A stretch of 64,000 nucleotides of DNA from Selaginella moellendorffii (taxonomy: Eukaryota; Plantae; Lycopodiophyta): the NCBI RefSeq assembly GCF_000143415.4, contig NW_003314334.1:699614-763613 (forward strand), given 5' to 3'. Of the stretch, positions 38,597 through 50,239 are shown piece after piece. Position 1 is the stretch's first letter; every line of letters begins with the position of its first letter. Position numbers and translations under genes: made by a program. The notes under the pieces were generated by a model. That model had not been told where the DNA came from, searched no databases, and saw only the letters and a list, made by a program, of their open reading frames with translations.

Positions 38597-40063
38597 TCTT
38601 TGATTCGTGGAGCAGCAAATGGGGACTCTTGGGCTCTTCAGGAAAGCTAGGAATCTTTGGCTCGGGACGCATTTCACCAGCATTCTCACAGGAAGAAGAG
38701 AGAACGAGAAAAACATACCTGTCTCGCCCGCAATGCCACCAAAAACCCTCTTCACAAGTAAAAATCTCATGGTTTTGACCGTCTGGTTAGTTAAGCCAGT
38801 AGGAGCGCGTCTGGTTAGGCTACGGCTGGATCGGAATGTCCACCTCCAACTTTATGATCCACTGCGGTTCAAACGCAAAAATCTCACTTCCACAAATCAA
38901 ATAACTTTATAAGTTCCTGTTATTTTCCAAAACACGTTTGAAGGGCAACAATAAATAATTTATATAATCAAACAGGGCAAAACCTTTTCTGGGCTTATAA
39001 GCTAAATCAAACTTTTTTCTTGGGACTGGAACTTGGAGCAAGGAATAGTTAGTAAGCATATACATCTCAAATCACTCATGGTTTATCATTTAGTTTACAA
39101 TAGCACATGCTTGTGAAGGAAAATCATCTATAGTGAGGTGGTTCATAAAAGCACTTTGTTTTCTTGGCTGCAAACGATGGCTTTTTCCAAATCATGGGTT
39201 TGCAGGCAACAATATATATGTATAAGGTGATTGGTGGATATCCTATGATTTCTTTATGTGAGCTAGTTTACATATTTTGTGTAGACGATGCCACAATGGC
39301 AGAAGATCAACTTTGATCTAGTGTTTTTTATTAAGTGTTACTAAATTAGACTTAACATCTGTACTTTACTACACAAGCATAAAGAAGGAATAAATGTCTA
39401 TTTAACTCAACATACTTGGCTTAGTTTGTTAATTTTATGTTGCTCTATTTTTCATTAGCTTAACAAAAATCCCCTCAACATTGATCCTAAGCTTGCCAAT
39501 TGGGTGTGTTTTCATGTGGGTTTATAGGTTTGTTTTATTAATATGGTTTTGTAATTAATTTTTTAATTAGCGCTCCACCTCCATTTTCTCTTGTTGAAGC
39601 TGGCAAAGCTGGAGAATCAGTGGAGACGGACCAGTGCTTCAATCATGACTATGGTGCTCGCTATTTTGCTAGCCAACACTAGGGCCGTGCTACCTAGATC
39701 AAAAAAGAAATGAGGTAAGCTATCTACTCTTACTTGCGTGTAGCCAACACTCTTGTTGCACATCCTCGTCACATAAGAAAAGCAATTGTTATGGTACAAA
39801 GAATCTCAACTCACTATATTGATAGCCTCTCTATTCACAATGCTGGACTAGCTGAAGGAAAAGAAAAAAAAAAAAAAACAACAATAATCTAATGTACCAC
39901 TAGATCCACTTACCCACACATGAATCCCTCAAACTTGAATTAAGCCATTACTTGGATCATCATGAAGAAGTAGCAACTTCTCCTCTTGCGGCTTGGAGTG
40001 GGTTAATAGATTAAACTAGTATTGATCGGTGATAAAAGAATAATACAAACTACATGTTTGGAT
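38597..40063. repeat. Long inverted-repeat arm, partner 44960-46613; partial direct copy at 56590-57520
   Basis: Reverse-complement collinearity apart from one internal inversion. Confidence 0.85.
39045..39290 (+). pseudogene. Family A exon-2 remnant
   Basis: AHACEGKSSIVRWFIKALCFLGCKRWLFPNHGFAG. Confidence 0.7.
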
Positions 40064-40064
40064 A

Positions 40065-41045
40065 TTGGCTCTTAGTTTCTTTTTGCTCTATCTTGCATTG
40101 GCTTGATAAAAACCTTCACATATTGAGATTAATCCCTCAATATTGCCAAATGATACCTTACCGTGTTTGCCAAACACCTTTGCTATCATGTACCTTATGT
40201 TAGTACCATTTGATTTCAATTGTTATTTATGGAAAGTGTTTTGTGGAGTTGTGGGATTCCAAATGTATAGTAGGGATAGTGGGTAAGTTGGGTATGGTTG
40301 ACCAATCTAAAGCATAATCTACCTCCGACTTGTGTGTTTGTACTTGTTCTATTCTGGCTTGAGTTTAAGCCCAAATTCCACACCATGCTAATTGGTGGAA
40401 TACCTATATCCTCACGTTAGGCTATTGGTATGTTGAAATAACACCAAACTTTGTTTGACTTCATTTTGTATGTTGATCCTCGCATTGGGATGCTGGATGC
40501 TTTAAAATAGTTCCTATGTCACTTTGTGCTCCTGTCCCTTCGCTCCTTGAGCTGAATACTTAGGAATCACTCTGTGCTCTAGTACTTTCACTCTTTGACT
40601 GCAAAGCTTGGGAGTTTGGCTTTGTTCTTTTATTCAGTGGCATAGGGCCATGAAACTCGAGTTCCACACCACTGTCCTTAAACATATAGCATGTGACACA
40701 TAGTATATGGAGGGTTAAGTTCCACTTCATGGTTATCCTATGGTACATCACCATAGGATAAAGGGTTAAAACTATATGTGTTACAAATTGGAAGTGTAAA
40801 ATGTGGTATTTAGATCTATTAGCATATTTACAGAATGTAAAGATTATCCTTAATATAATAGTTTTATTCATATATTCAAATTCACAATCTCGTATCATTC
40901 AATATTTAATAAGTTTTCTAGATTGTCCTAAAGATTGGGCGAAAGCTCTAAATATATTTTTTATATATAGTAGGGGTTCTATAAGGGTTCCAAATGTATA
41001 ATAGAGAAAGTGGGTAGGATAGGTATGGCCGACTAATATAAAATA
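40065..41045 (+). mobile_element. Highly decayed fragments of family 2 LTR
   Basis: Matches 12900-13822 (CCAAATGTATAGTAGGGATAGTGG, CACCATAGGATAAAGGGT...TACA end near 40784), plus a second internal piece at 40805-41045. Confidence 0.75.
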
Positions 41046-42555
41046 TTATTTACTTGGGTCTTGCTCTATTGCTCTTGGCATAAGTATATAAGGGTTAAAT
41101 TCCATTTAGTGACCAACAAACTTGAAATTTTTTATGAGAACAGAGACAAAAAAGAAAAGGGGGTTTACTTATTCACATGATGCATAATTTAATATAATTG
41201 TAGTGCATCTTTGTGTTTCGTGTTGATGAATAACACCTCAACTTGGACATATTTCTTCTTGTTAAAAGCAAAGAAATGATTAATCACAATATTCTAAACT
41301 TTTAACCAATTGTTCCCATCCCATACATGGAATATAATGCCCTTGAGCCAACTTTAATTTTAATTATGATCTAGCTCTCTCTCAAATTCGTTATTCTTGT
41401 TTACCCAACATTATTCTCATTTAGCCTTGATTTCTTTATAACATAAGTGGTTTGTTGCAACTGTTTTGTGAACTTATCCTTTTTATGAAGATAGCTTTCA
41501 AGATAAAATTTGTTAACCATCTTCTCATTTAGAATAAAAACTTTTTGCACAACCTCATTAAATAGCATCAAAAAAAGAGGAACAAAGAGAGGTTTGTTGT
41601 CATAATGAATCCTGATCTTCTTCATCACATCAAAAAGCATTCCAACATGAAACATCTTCACAGGAAATAAATCATCAATAAAAGGAATCATAAGTTTCTT
41701 AGCAGCAAAACTCCTCTTTATACCATCAATTTTTATCTTTGCACAATCATTTTCAAGGTTCAGCCCCTACTAATTTTTGAATGGTGGAATTTTTAATTGT
41801 TCACTGCAGAATAAGGTGATTGAAGAAGCAACATTCATACCAAACATAAACCATTATGGGATTAAACATATAAATTAACTGGCTAGAAGGGGTTTCAAAA
41901 CAAAAACAAGTTTGTATAATGCTTATTGTGAAGAGCTATTTGAACAATGCATCATCTATAAACAGTTCTAAGAAGGAAGGTATGTTAGTTTGAAATTAGG
42001 CTAGTAAGAAGTCTATGCAAGAAAAAGTGGCACACCTAGTAGTGCACAGAAATGGGTGGTTGATATGCTTAACTTTAACATACAAGCTAGGTAGATTGGC
42101 ATTATGTCAAATCCAAGTGCCTGTAGAGAAAAATAAAAAATAAATTCTAGAAAGTAGGCAACAATAGCTTTATATATAGTTGGGAATGATGATATACATA
42201 AACTGGACACCATCAGTTCAAGACTACTCATCCAGAAAGAATTTAAACTTTGCCAATACTGAAACCACAACAACACAAATTAGAGATCCAAACTTGGGTG
42301 TAGTGAACATTGTGGAGAAGGACATTGATGACTCATTCTGGGCTTTACGATGTGTTGGGAAAGATAAACGTGATACATGCATAGGATGGCTTAAAGCAAA
42401 ACACAGACATTGTAAGAAGTCAATTCCAAAAAATACAATGGCACCAAGCATAACATGATATAGCATCTAAACATTTTGGTTCTATATAAATGATATTCAG
42501 TCGTGCTCCACTACAATGGCCAGTTGCTAAAGGCACATTAATAACTTTGGCACAC

Positions 42556-43108
42556 AGCTACACGTCCGCCCGGTCCCTGGACGATCTAGACACCTGCAAT
42601 GATCGTCAAGGACCTGGTGGAGCCAGTGTCGGACACCTTCATCAACCTCGTGAACATGGACTACGTCGAAAAGTAGTGTGGCATCCGGATCAGGAAGGGG
42701 GGGAGCACGCAGGCCCAGCCGCTGGAGAGCTTCGCAGTGAAGATCTCCAACTTCGAGTCCAAGTTCTCCAGTGCAGTCTCCGAAGGTGGAAGGGTGGCGG
42801 TGGCGGTGGCGGGCAGTATCAAGGACGTGCTTCCACACCTCTCGCAGGTCGGGGAGTTTAGCATGGAAGTGAGCCTGGAGGCATCGGTCATCCTGTCCAA
42901 ACAGGTGGATCAGCTGGGGATCATCGGGAAAGTTGGCGGGCTGCTGGGCGACGGGAACGTGAACGTGAGCTTCATGAGCGTGGGGAGGACTTCGCCCAGG
43001 AAGCAGGCGGTGATGGCGATTGGCGTGGATGAGGAGCCGAGCAAGGAAGTGCTGCACAGGGTCAGGGCCATCCCGGCGGTGGAGGAGTTCGTGTTTCTCA
43101 AGCTCTAG
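42556..43108 (+). pseudogene. PGDH: D-3-phosphoglycerate dehydrogenase C-terminal (ASB+ACT) fragment
   Basis: YTSARSLDDLDT, VEPVSDTFINLVN, QVDQLGIIGKVG...NVNVSFMSVGR...QAVMAIGVDEEP...EEFVFLKL; no N-terminus; stop and frameshifts. Confidence 0.92.
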
Positions 43109-43258
43109 GAAGCTTTTTCTATCACAGGTTGATAGAAAATCTCTGGAAGATCATCGCTCAAGCGAAGTTCTATACATTGTCCAGCATTGACAAGGTTTGA
43201 AAGTAGTATTTGATCGTTCTTGTGTGAGTGAGAGCCGTGGTCAAACTTTAGGATCATT

Positions 43259-43835
43259 ATGGCGAACGAGGAGAAGGTGTGTGTCACCGGCGCTTCTGGC
43301 TTCCTGGCATCTTGGCTCGTGAAGCGGCTATTGGAGGAGGGATATCACGTCGTCGGGACTGTGCGCGATCCAGGTACATAGAAACGAGAAGAAACATAGT
43401 CTAATTCTCTTGTTTGTGGTACTAGACGATGCGAGCGAGACTTCCCACCTGTGGGAGCTTCCAGTAGAGGCTGGAGCTCAAGAAGGCCGACCTTGTCACG
43501 CAAGGGGCCTTTGACGATATTGTTCAAGGCTGCGATGGAGTATTCCATGTCGCGGCTGCCATGACTATCAGCTACAAGGAGGATCCACAGGTAACTTTGC
43601 TTGACTCCTTCGATTCGGTCTAACCTTGTATCACTTTTACTGGTTGTTTTTGCTTTCGGTTCTTCTTCCAGGCCGAGATTGTTGATCCATGCTTGCTTGG
43701 AACTCTAAAGGTGCTCAATGCCTGCAAGAGATCCACGACAGTCAAGCGAGTGGTGTGCACGTCAGCCGTGGCTGCTGTTCGCGTGAGGAACGACTTCAAG
43801 CCCGATGACGTCTTGGATGAATCGGTGTGGAGCTC
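43259..43835 (+). pseudogene. TKPR1/DFR/CCR-like NAD(P)H reductase, exons 1-3
   Basis: [59 protein letters not shown]...LDESVWS with GT-AG introns; lesions in exon 2. Confidence 0.92.
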
Positions 43836-44389
43836 TTTTGTCGAGTCAAAGCTTAATACAATTTACAATTACAGCCAATCCTCTAGCAAGAAGGACGTTG
43901 TGAACCGGCTTCGTGGCTTGCTGACGATTATGGATTTGGAGATCTAGGAAGACTCAGTTGCCATCCTCACTAGATTCTCTATTTTTCCAATATCGATTTC
44001 TTCGGTCTAACTTGCCCAAATCCCATGATCTCAGGAGACAAACCCCGGACCAAGAAAAATTAAACAATGGAGCGAAGTCAGCAAGACCAAGATCAAACAG
44101 AGGTAATGCAATTATGCAATTATGCAAAGACAAAGTTGATGCATCCAGCAAACTCAATCAAACGCATAAAGAAAGTAGACCAGACAATCGGGACGAATTT
44201 GGCATTGAAGACGTGCGAGTTCTGGTTTGAATGGGTGATTGAGGGTAAATTCCCCAGAATGTCTTGTAAATGCAGAGAAAGATATTCTACTCTTGCACTT
44301 CTATCTTCTTTGTTTTTTATTGGAAGCTTGACTGATTCAAGGTGCTCGTGTTATTTCCATAGCACTTTATTGGAAGTAAACTATCAAAC

Positions 44390-44800
44390 TCAAGTTAAGA
44401 GGCCTTTGCGTTCCAGGCTCTCAACGCAATCGTCGAACATTTGCTCCAGCGACTTGAATTGGATCCCAAGGTCGTCCTGAAGCTTTCTGGAGCTGAATCC
44501 CTTGAAATTTGCCGGCGACCGGACCTTAATCCTGAGGTGAGCTTGAGCAACGTCGTCGAGATGGACGTATCCAGCGTGATCTATCCACTGCTTGGCTCCT
44601 GCAATGAGTTTGGAATCTCAAAAACGTCCCGTTTTTTTTCTTCCGATATAGAAAGGCTTGCCTTGGAGCGCGGTGGCCCTGGACGAGAGAAGTTCTCCAG
44701 CGATTAAGCTGGGAGCGATTGTGATCACATCTATGCCACTTTCTTTCCCAAACTCGAGTGCTGCTTGCTCGGATAGAGTCTTTCCCAGACCATACCACAT
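44390..44800 (-). pseudogene. Inverted 3' exons of the same reductase
   Basis: WYGLGKTLSEQAALEF (YxxxK), GYVHLDDVAQAH, FKSLEQMFDDCVESL. Confidence 0.9.
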
Positions 44801-45810
44801 CTAAACTTCAAAAACTTTTTAAGAGTTGGTCCTTTGGAAATAAGACTGATTCTCATGGCAGCACAAGAAAATAAAGAACCAAGATCGCGACCTAGCATGC
44901 GCGGATTCCTGATGACGATCGGCTATGATCCTGCGCAAATGGGCAAGAAAAGCCACATGATTGTTATCCGAACATGCAGTCTGATTATTCTTTTATCACC
45001 TATCAGTACTAGTTTATCCATTACCCGCTTCAGCCGCAGAGGAGAGTTGCTTCTCTTTCCATGATGATCCAGTAATGGCTCGTCAGTCTGAGGGATCATC
45101 TGTGGTAAGTGATCTAGTGGTACATTAGATTGTTGTTGTTTTTTTCTTTTTTTCTTTTTCTTCAGCTGGTCTAGCATTGTGAATAGAGAGGCTGGCATTG
45201 TCAATATAGTGAGTTGAGATTTTTTGTACCATAACGGTTGCTTTTCTTATGTGAGGAGGATGTGCAGCAGGAGTGTTGGCTACACGCAAGGAAGAGTAGA
45301 TAGCTTAGCTCATTTCTTTTTTGATCCAGGTAGCACGGCCCTTGTGCTGGCTAGCAAAATAGCAAGCACCATAGTCATGATTGAAGCACTATAGGTCTGT
45401 CTCCACTGATTCTCCAGCTTTGCCAGCTTCAGCAGGAGAAAATGGAGGTGGAGCGCTAATTAAAAAATTAATTACAAAACCATATTAATAAAACAAACGC
45501 ATAAAGCTTAAGCAACCCATATGAAAACACACCCAATTGGCAAGCTTAGGCTCAATGTTACAATATATATGTATAAGGTGATTGGTGGATATCCTATGAT
45601 TTCTTTATGCGAGCGAGGTTGCATATTTTGTGTAGACGATGCCACAATGGTAGAAGATCAACTTTGATCTAGTGTTTTTTGTTAAGTGTTACTAAATTAG
45701 ACTTAACATTTGTATTTTACTGCACAAGCATAAAGAAGGAATAAGTGTCTATTTAACTCAACATACTTGGCTTAGTTTGTTAATTTTATGTTACTCTATT
45801 TTTCATTAGC

Positions 45811-46025
45811 TTAACAAAAATCCCCTCCACCTGCAAACCCATGATTTGGAAAAAGCCATCGTTTGCAGCCAAGAAAACAAAGTGCTTTTATGAACCACCT
45901 CATTATAGATGATTTTCCTTCACAAGCATGTGCTGTTGTAAACAAAATGATAAACCATGAGTGATTTGAGATGTATATGCTTGCTAATGAGTAATTTCTA
46001 TACAAATAATAAAGCAGTCTAAGCT
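45811..46025 (-). pseudogene. Family A exon-2 remnant
   Basis: ORF 45811-46005 RWFIKALCFLGCKRWLFPNHGFAG. Confidence 0.7.
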
Positions 46026-47885
46026 ATGAAAATTTGATATTATAGATTTGTAATTTATGCATAGATTTATATTTTTGAAACTTGATTATTTCTAGTGACA
46101 ATTCCAGTTAATTGTAATTTTATAGATTAGTAATGTTTACATGTAGATAAGTGTACAGACAAGAGCTTCTAAAGTAATTCTAATAGCAAGCATCTTGCTC
46201 CCAAGAAAAAAGTCTGATTTAGCTTATAAGCCCAGAAAAGGTTTTGCCCTGTTTGATTATATTAATTATTTATTGTTGCCCTTCAAACGTGTTTTGGAAA
46301 ATAACAGTAAAATAGCGGAACTTATTAAGTTATTTGATTTGTGGAAGTGAGATTTTTGCGTTTGAACCGCAGTGGATCATAAAGTTGGAGGTGGACATTC
46401 CGATCCGGCCGCTAACAGCTCTTGTTAGTCTAACCAGACGCGCTCTTACTGGCTTAACTAACCAGACGCTCAAAACCATGAGATTTTTACTTGTATGTTT
46501 TTCTCGTTCTCTCTTCTTCCTGTGAGAATGCTGGTGAAATGCGTTCCGAGCCAAAGATTCCTAGCTTTCCTGAAGAGCCCAAGAGTCCCCATTTTCTGCT
46601 CCACGAATCAAAGAGGTGTGGTTTTGGTTTTTGGTGCTAAGTTCTCTCTTTTCACCCGTATCTGGTCTCTAGGAACCAGATACGCTGGAGAAGATTCATT
46701 TGAGTGCTTTGCTTCTGGTGTTACCCGGTTTACCAATTTTGTTTCTCAAGCTATACAACTCGACTTACGTTTTTCTTTGACAGGCTTCACGTCTCTGCCC
46801 AAGCCCTTGAGCGAGTTTAGCCGGGATCTTGCGGAGGCAGTCAGGTGAAACGATTTGTTGAGGACGACTGGAAGTTGAGCGGCTCTTTCTTTACGGAGAC
46901 GAGGCAGCTGAGAAGCATCGAGTTGTAAAAGACAGGGCTCCGTCAGAAGGCGCAATTGCAAACTTCCGAGTCTTCATCATGGGTGCTTCTTTGGCATTTG
47001 TATGGAAACGGTAGCATCGCTTCTTACGTTTCAACGGGACTGACTTTATTGCTTTTTGAAAGCGCAGTCCGGCTTTACAAGAAACGATGAGACTGCTCAA
47101 ACTTGTCTTCGTCTTGTCTCGAGAGTCTGGCGTCCAAGGAATTGGATTTAGAAAAGAAGGTAAAACTCTTGCATGGAGTATATCCGTGTCTACAAATGTT
47201 ATCACTACAGGAAGGCGGGCCTATGCACTCAGAAGCTCGTTCGATAACACGGGCTATCAAAAACATATCGGAACTCACTATGTTCGACATTTGGATTCTG
47301 ATGCTCCAACTCCAGGTTGCATCCCGAAGATCAGGTACTACGCTCTTACGGGTCCTCTTCTTACGTGTATCGTATTTATCGCAGAAACTGGAACATAATC
47401 TTTTAGAGATGTGCGGAATCTAGCTGGAAGAAACGCAAAGGCGCAGGACCTGTGTCCAACAGGGATTGCTCTTCGTTGCTCAGGTACATGAAACAAATGT
47501 TTCTAGACATCTTAAGCAAGCAGTGTTCTAAAACTTTCTTCGTTTTTCTTGTGATACTAGAGGAGAGAAGCCAACTTCAAAACAAGATAAAGCACTCGCG
47601 CTGCTCAAATCCAAGCTCCTGGTGATTCTCGAGCAAAAACCAGTTGCTTATTTTCTTGAATTAATGACACAGCTATCTTTCATTATCAGGCGTGGAGAGC
47701 TGGCTGCATGACTGCTCATTCAACGAGCGCGCTTTAGACGCTACAGAGCTTGATGGAGGAAGGAGGATATAGAAGTGGGCTTGCTTTTGTGCTTCCGAGG
47801 TATGGACTTGAACTTGTGTTTGTGTTTCCAAACAAGGTGTTCCAGAAAATAGGGTCAAGTGAAGGGGAGAGATACGAGAGTCCCG
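45950..47885. repeat. Long inverted-repeat arm, partner about 55340-57345
   Basis: Reverse-complement collinearity. Confidence 0.88.
46616..47885 (+). pseudogene. Family C copy (uncharacterised, hydrophobic segments)
   Basis: WHLYGNGSIASYVSTGLTLLLFESA, LESLASKELDLEKKVKLL, ISELTMFDIWILMLQL; stops and frameshifts. Confidence 0.55.
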
Positions 47886-47943
47886 TTAAGGTACTTTGTG
47901 ATAAACTTTTGACTAGCTCGTGATTTCTTTTTCTACAAAACAG

Positions 47944-48272
47944 ATACCTTGCATGATTGTATCCAAGAAAGGGGATGCCCGAGAAAAGCTGCTAGAGACT
48001 GTCAACGAGTTCCCTCCAACAATGTTAATACTGGGAAGCCGAGGCCTCGGAATGGTGAAAAGGATCGCCAAAAAGCTCTAGTTTCCATTCCTTGTAGTTA
48101 GGAAATCCATAGCTAGAGATGTTTTCTTGGAAATTTTTTGTATGGATAATGATAGGATGGGCTCTTTGTTTTCAATCAAACCGTGGATTTAGACAGGACG
48201 TTCCTGGGAAGCGTGAGTGGCTATGCTGCACAGCACGCTGAATGCCCTGTGCTTATTGTCAAGCTTCCACCC
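47944..48272 (+). pseudogene. Universal stress protein (UspA-like) 3' exons only
   Basis: KGDAREKLLE...LILGSRGLGMVKR / TFLGSVSGYAAQHAECPVLIVK; 5' exons replaced by repeat; donor after 48062 is not GT. Confidence 0.88.
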
Positions 48273-48528
48273 GTAAGATTTTATGTGTTTCAAATGCCTT
48301 TTTTCTCTTTTTCTTTTGAGGGACCTATAAGCGGTGCGTTCTTCAGTCGGCACTTTCTTAAGTTTACCCTCAGAAAGAAAATCGATTCGCTTGTTCAGGA
48401 CCAAAATTCTCAACAAACTATTGTTTGAAAAAAGCTCTAGAAACTGTTCAAGTGTCGCTTTGAGGATCCGAAAACACAGAATTGGTGCTAATCGTTGGCA
48501 CAAGTTTAGGCTTATTCCTTCTTTTCCT

Positions 48529-48583
48529 TAAGTTGTAGTATAGTGTGACGCGGACAACTGGGGTTCGATCCCCTGCAACTGCG
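48529..48583 (+). tRNA. tRNA-Asp-derived pseudogene with internal deletion
   Basis: GTTGTAGTATAGTG...ACGCGG...GGTTCGATCCCC.GCAAC.GCG matches the ends of plant tRNA-Asp(GTC); D-arm 3' half and anticodon 5' half missing. Confidence 0.75.
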
Positions 48584-48679
48584 CTTGTCAGGAAAGTGTG
48601 AATTAAAGAAGACGATCGGGAACATTGTAGCTCAAAGTGCTTAATTCGTTCAATTGCTCATTGGATTGCAATATATCTT

Positions 48680-49075
48680 TTGTTCATTAACACCACAACA
48701 GCAATATAGTCCACAACGCAGACCATCCTATTTCCCTAGACGTCTACACAAGGTATGCAACCTGGCTCGCATAAAGAAACTATAGGATGTCCACCAATCA
48801 CTTCACATATATTGTTGTGATCATCCCCTGGGCGCCTGCAAACCTATGATTTGGAAAAGAAAACAAGGTGCTTCTATGAACTACCTCATTATGGCTGATC
48901 TTCCTTCACAAGAATGTGCTGTTGCAGACAAAATGATAAACCATATTTGAGACATATATGCTTGCTAATGTACTCCAATAAAAATACTAACCAGCATACA
49001 ATGTAAGAGAGTAATAATAACTCTAATAATAATTGGAAAAACACATTAGCATAATGAAACAGTCTAAGTTGATAT
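48680..49075 (-). pseudogene. Family A exon-2 remnant
   Basis: SATAHSCEGRSAIMR, CEVIGGHPIVSLCEPGCIP segments with deletions. Confidence 0.7.
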
Positions 49076-49091
49076 TCCAACTCTAAACCCT

Positions 49092-49094
<3 letters not shown>

Positions 49095-49164
<70 letters not shown>
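49095..49164. repeat. (CT)35 microsatellite
   Basis: Direct reading. Confidence 0.98.
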
Positions 49165-49168
<4 letters not shown>

Positions 49169-49321
49169 TATGACTGGCAAAGTCGTAATGTCACCGCAGA
49201 AGTCTATGCTGCTATATATTAAAAAATCCACACTCTCTGAATACTCGCATTATCTGTGGTGGCACATGAATTCTAGTTTCAACCAGCCCAAAGTTCTCTT
49301 GATCACTTTAATATTACAAAC

Positions 49322-50178
49322 TTAATTGGAAACATTTGCTACTCTCCCACTGTTTCTTTTGTTCATCAGAACTCGTCCTAACATTTCCCCCACTAACACC
49401 ACAACAACAATAGAGTCCATGACACACACCATCCTATTTCCCCACCTCCAGTCTGGATATAAATGTTTACACACAAAAGTGATAGGTATGCAACTTGGCA
49501 CACAAAGAGAACCTATAGGATATGTACCAATTACTTCACATATAACATTGTCATCTTCCCTCAGACAGTCGGCAAATCCATGATTTGGAAAAAGCCATCT
49601 TTTCCAACTAATAAAACAGGGTGTTTCCATGAACCATCTCATTACAGCTGATGTTCCTGCACAAGAATGTGCTATTGCAGACAAAACTTGCCAAATAATA
49701 AACCAGGAGCGATTAGAGACATATGTGCTGGCTAATGCACTAGCTGCTCCAATAAAAATACTAACCAGCATAGAGCACCTGTAGTGGAAGAGAGTAACGA
49801 TTCCAATAATAACTGTAAAATCAGTTTAGCAATAGCATTTTATACAACTGTTCTAATATTACCTCCAATAATATAGCCTACTGATAGAAATATATATACA
49901 TGACGAGTGAAGCAAACAAGTTGCCAATATCTTATGGCAGAGTATTTTGGCCCAATTTTTGCATAGGCCACGTAATATGATGTAAAACCCCAATGGTAGC
50001 TAGGGCTTAGTGCATTGCAGTCTCTTTGACAATAAAGAACACCATTTGGGCAATTCCACTTTGGAGGATAAAATGTGATATAGATGGTGAAAACATAAAA
50101 ACTAATTGCCCAAGTCATAATAATTGAAACAGGTAAGAAGAACCACCACAATGGAACACTCGTACTAGTAATCTCCAT
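49322..50178 (-). CDS. Family A OCT/SLC22-derived membrane protein, 268 aa, exons 50178-49863 and 49812-49322
   Basis: 50-nt GT-AG intron at the same codon position and phase; uninterrupted 807-nt CDS. Confidence 0.78.
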
Positions 50179-50239
50179 ACCCAACCTATCAAGCCCTAAT
50201 ATGTAATCCTATAAATAACAAGAAAAGGATGTGGATGAT

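Noticed and set aside
39880-40063. Dense single-base insertions relative to the inverted partner at 44960-45130
   Set aside because: They start right after a long A run, as expected for degraded read quality; likely a sequencing artefact rather than biology
41092-41115. GGGTTAAATTCC as a Mutator-like TIR start
   Set aside because: No matching inverted end or TSD found in the window
46658-46685. Perfect 10-bp hairpin CGTATCTGGT/ACCAGATACG as a terminator or Helitron end
   Set aside because: Eukaryotic context, and no CTRR terminus at the expected spacing; probably a small template-switch insertion
49084-49094. TAAACCCTAAA telomere-like or telo-box motif
   Set aside because: Only about 1.5 units; too short to call a telomeric repeat or a functional element
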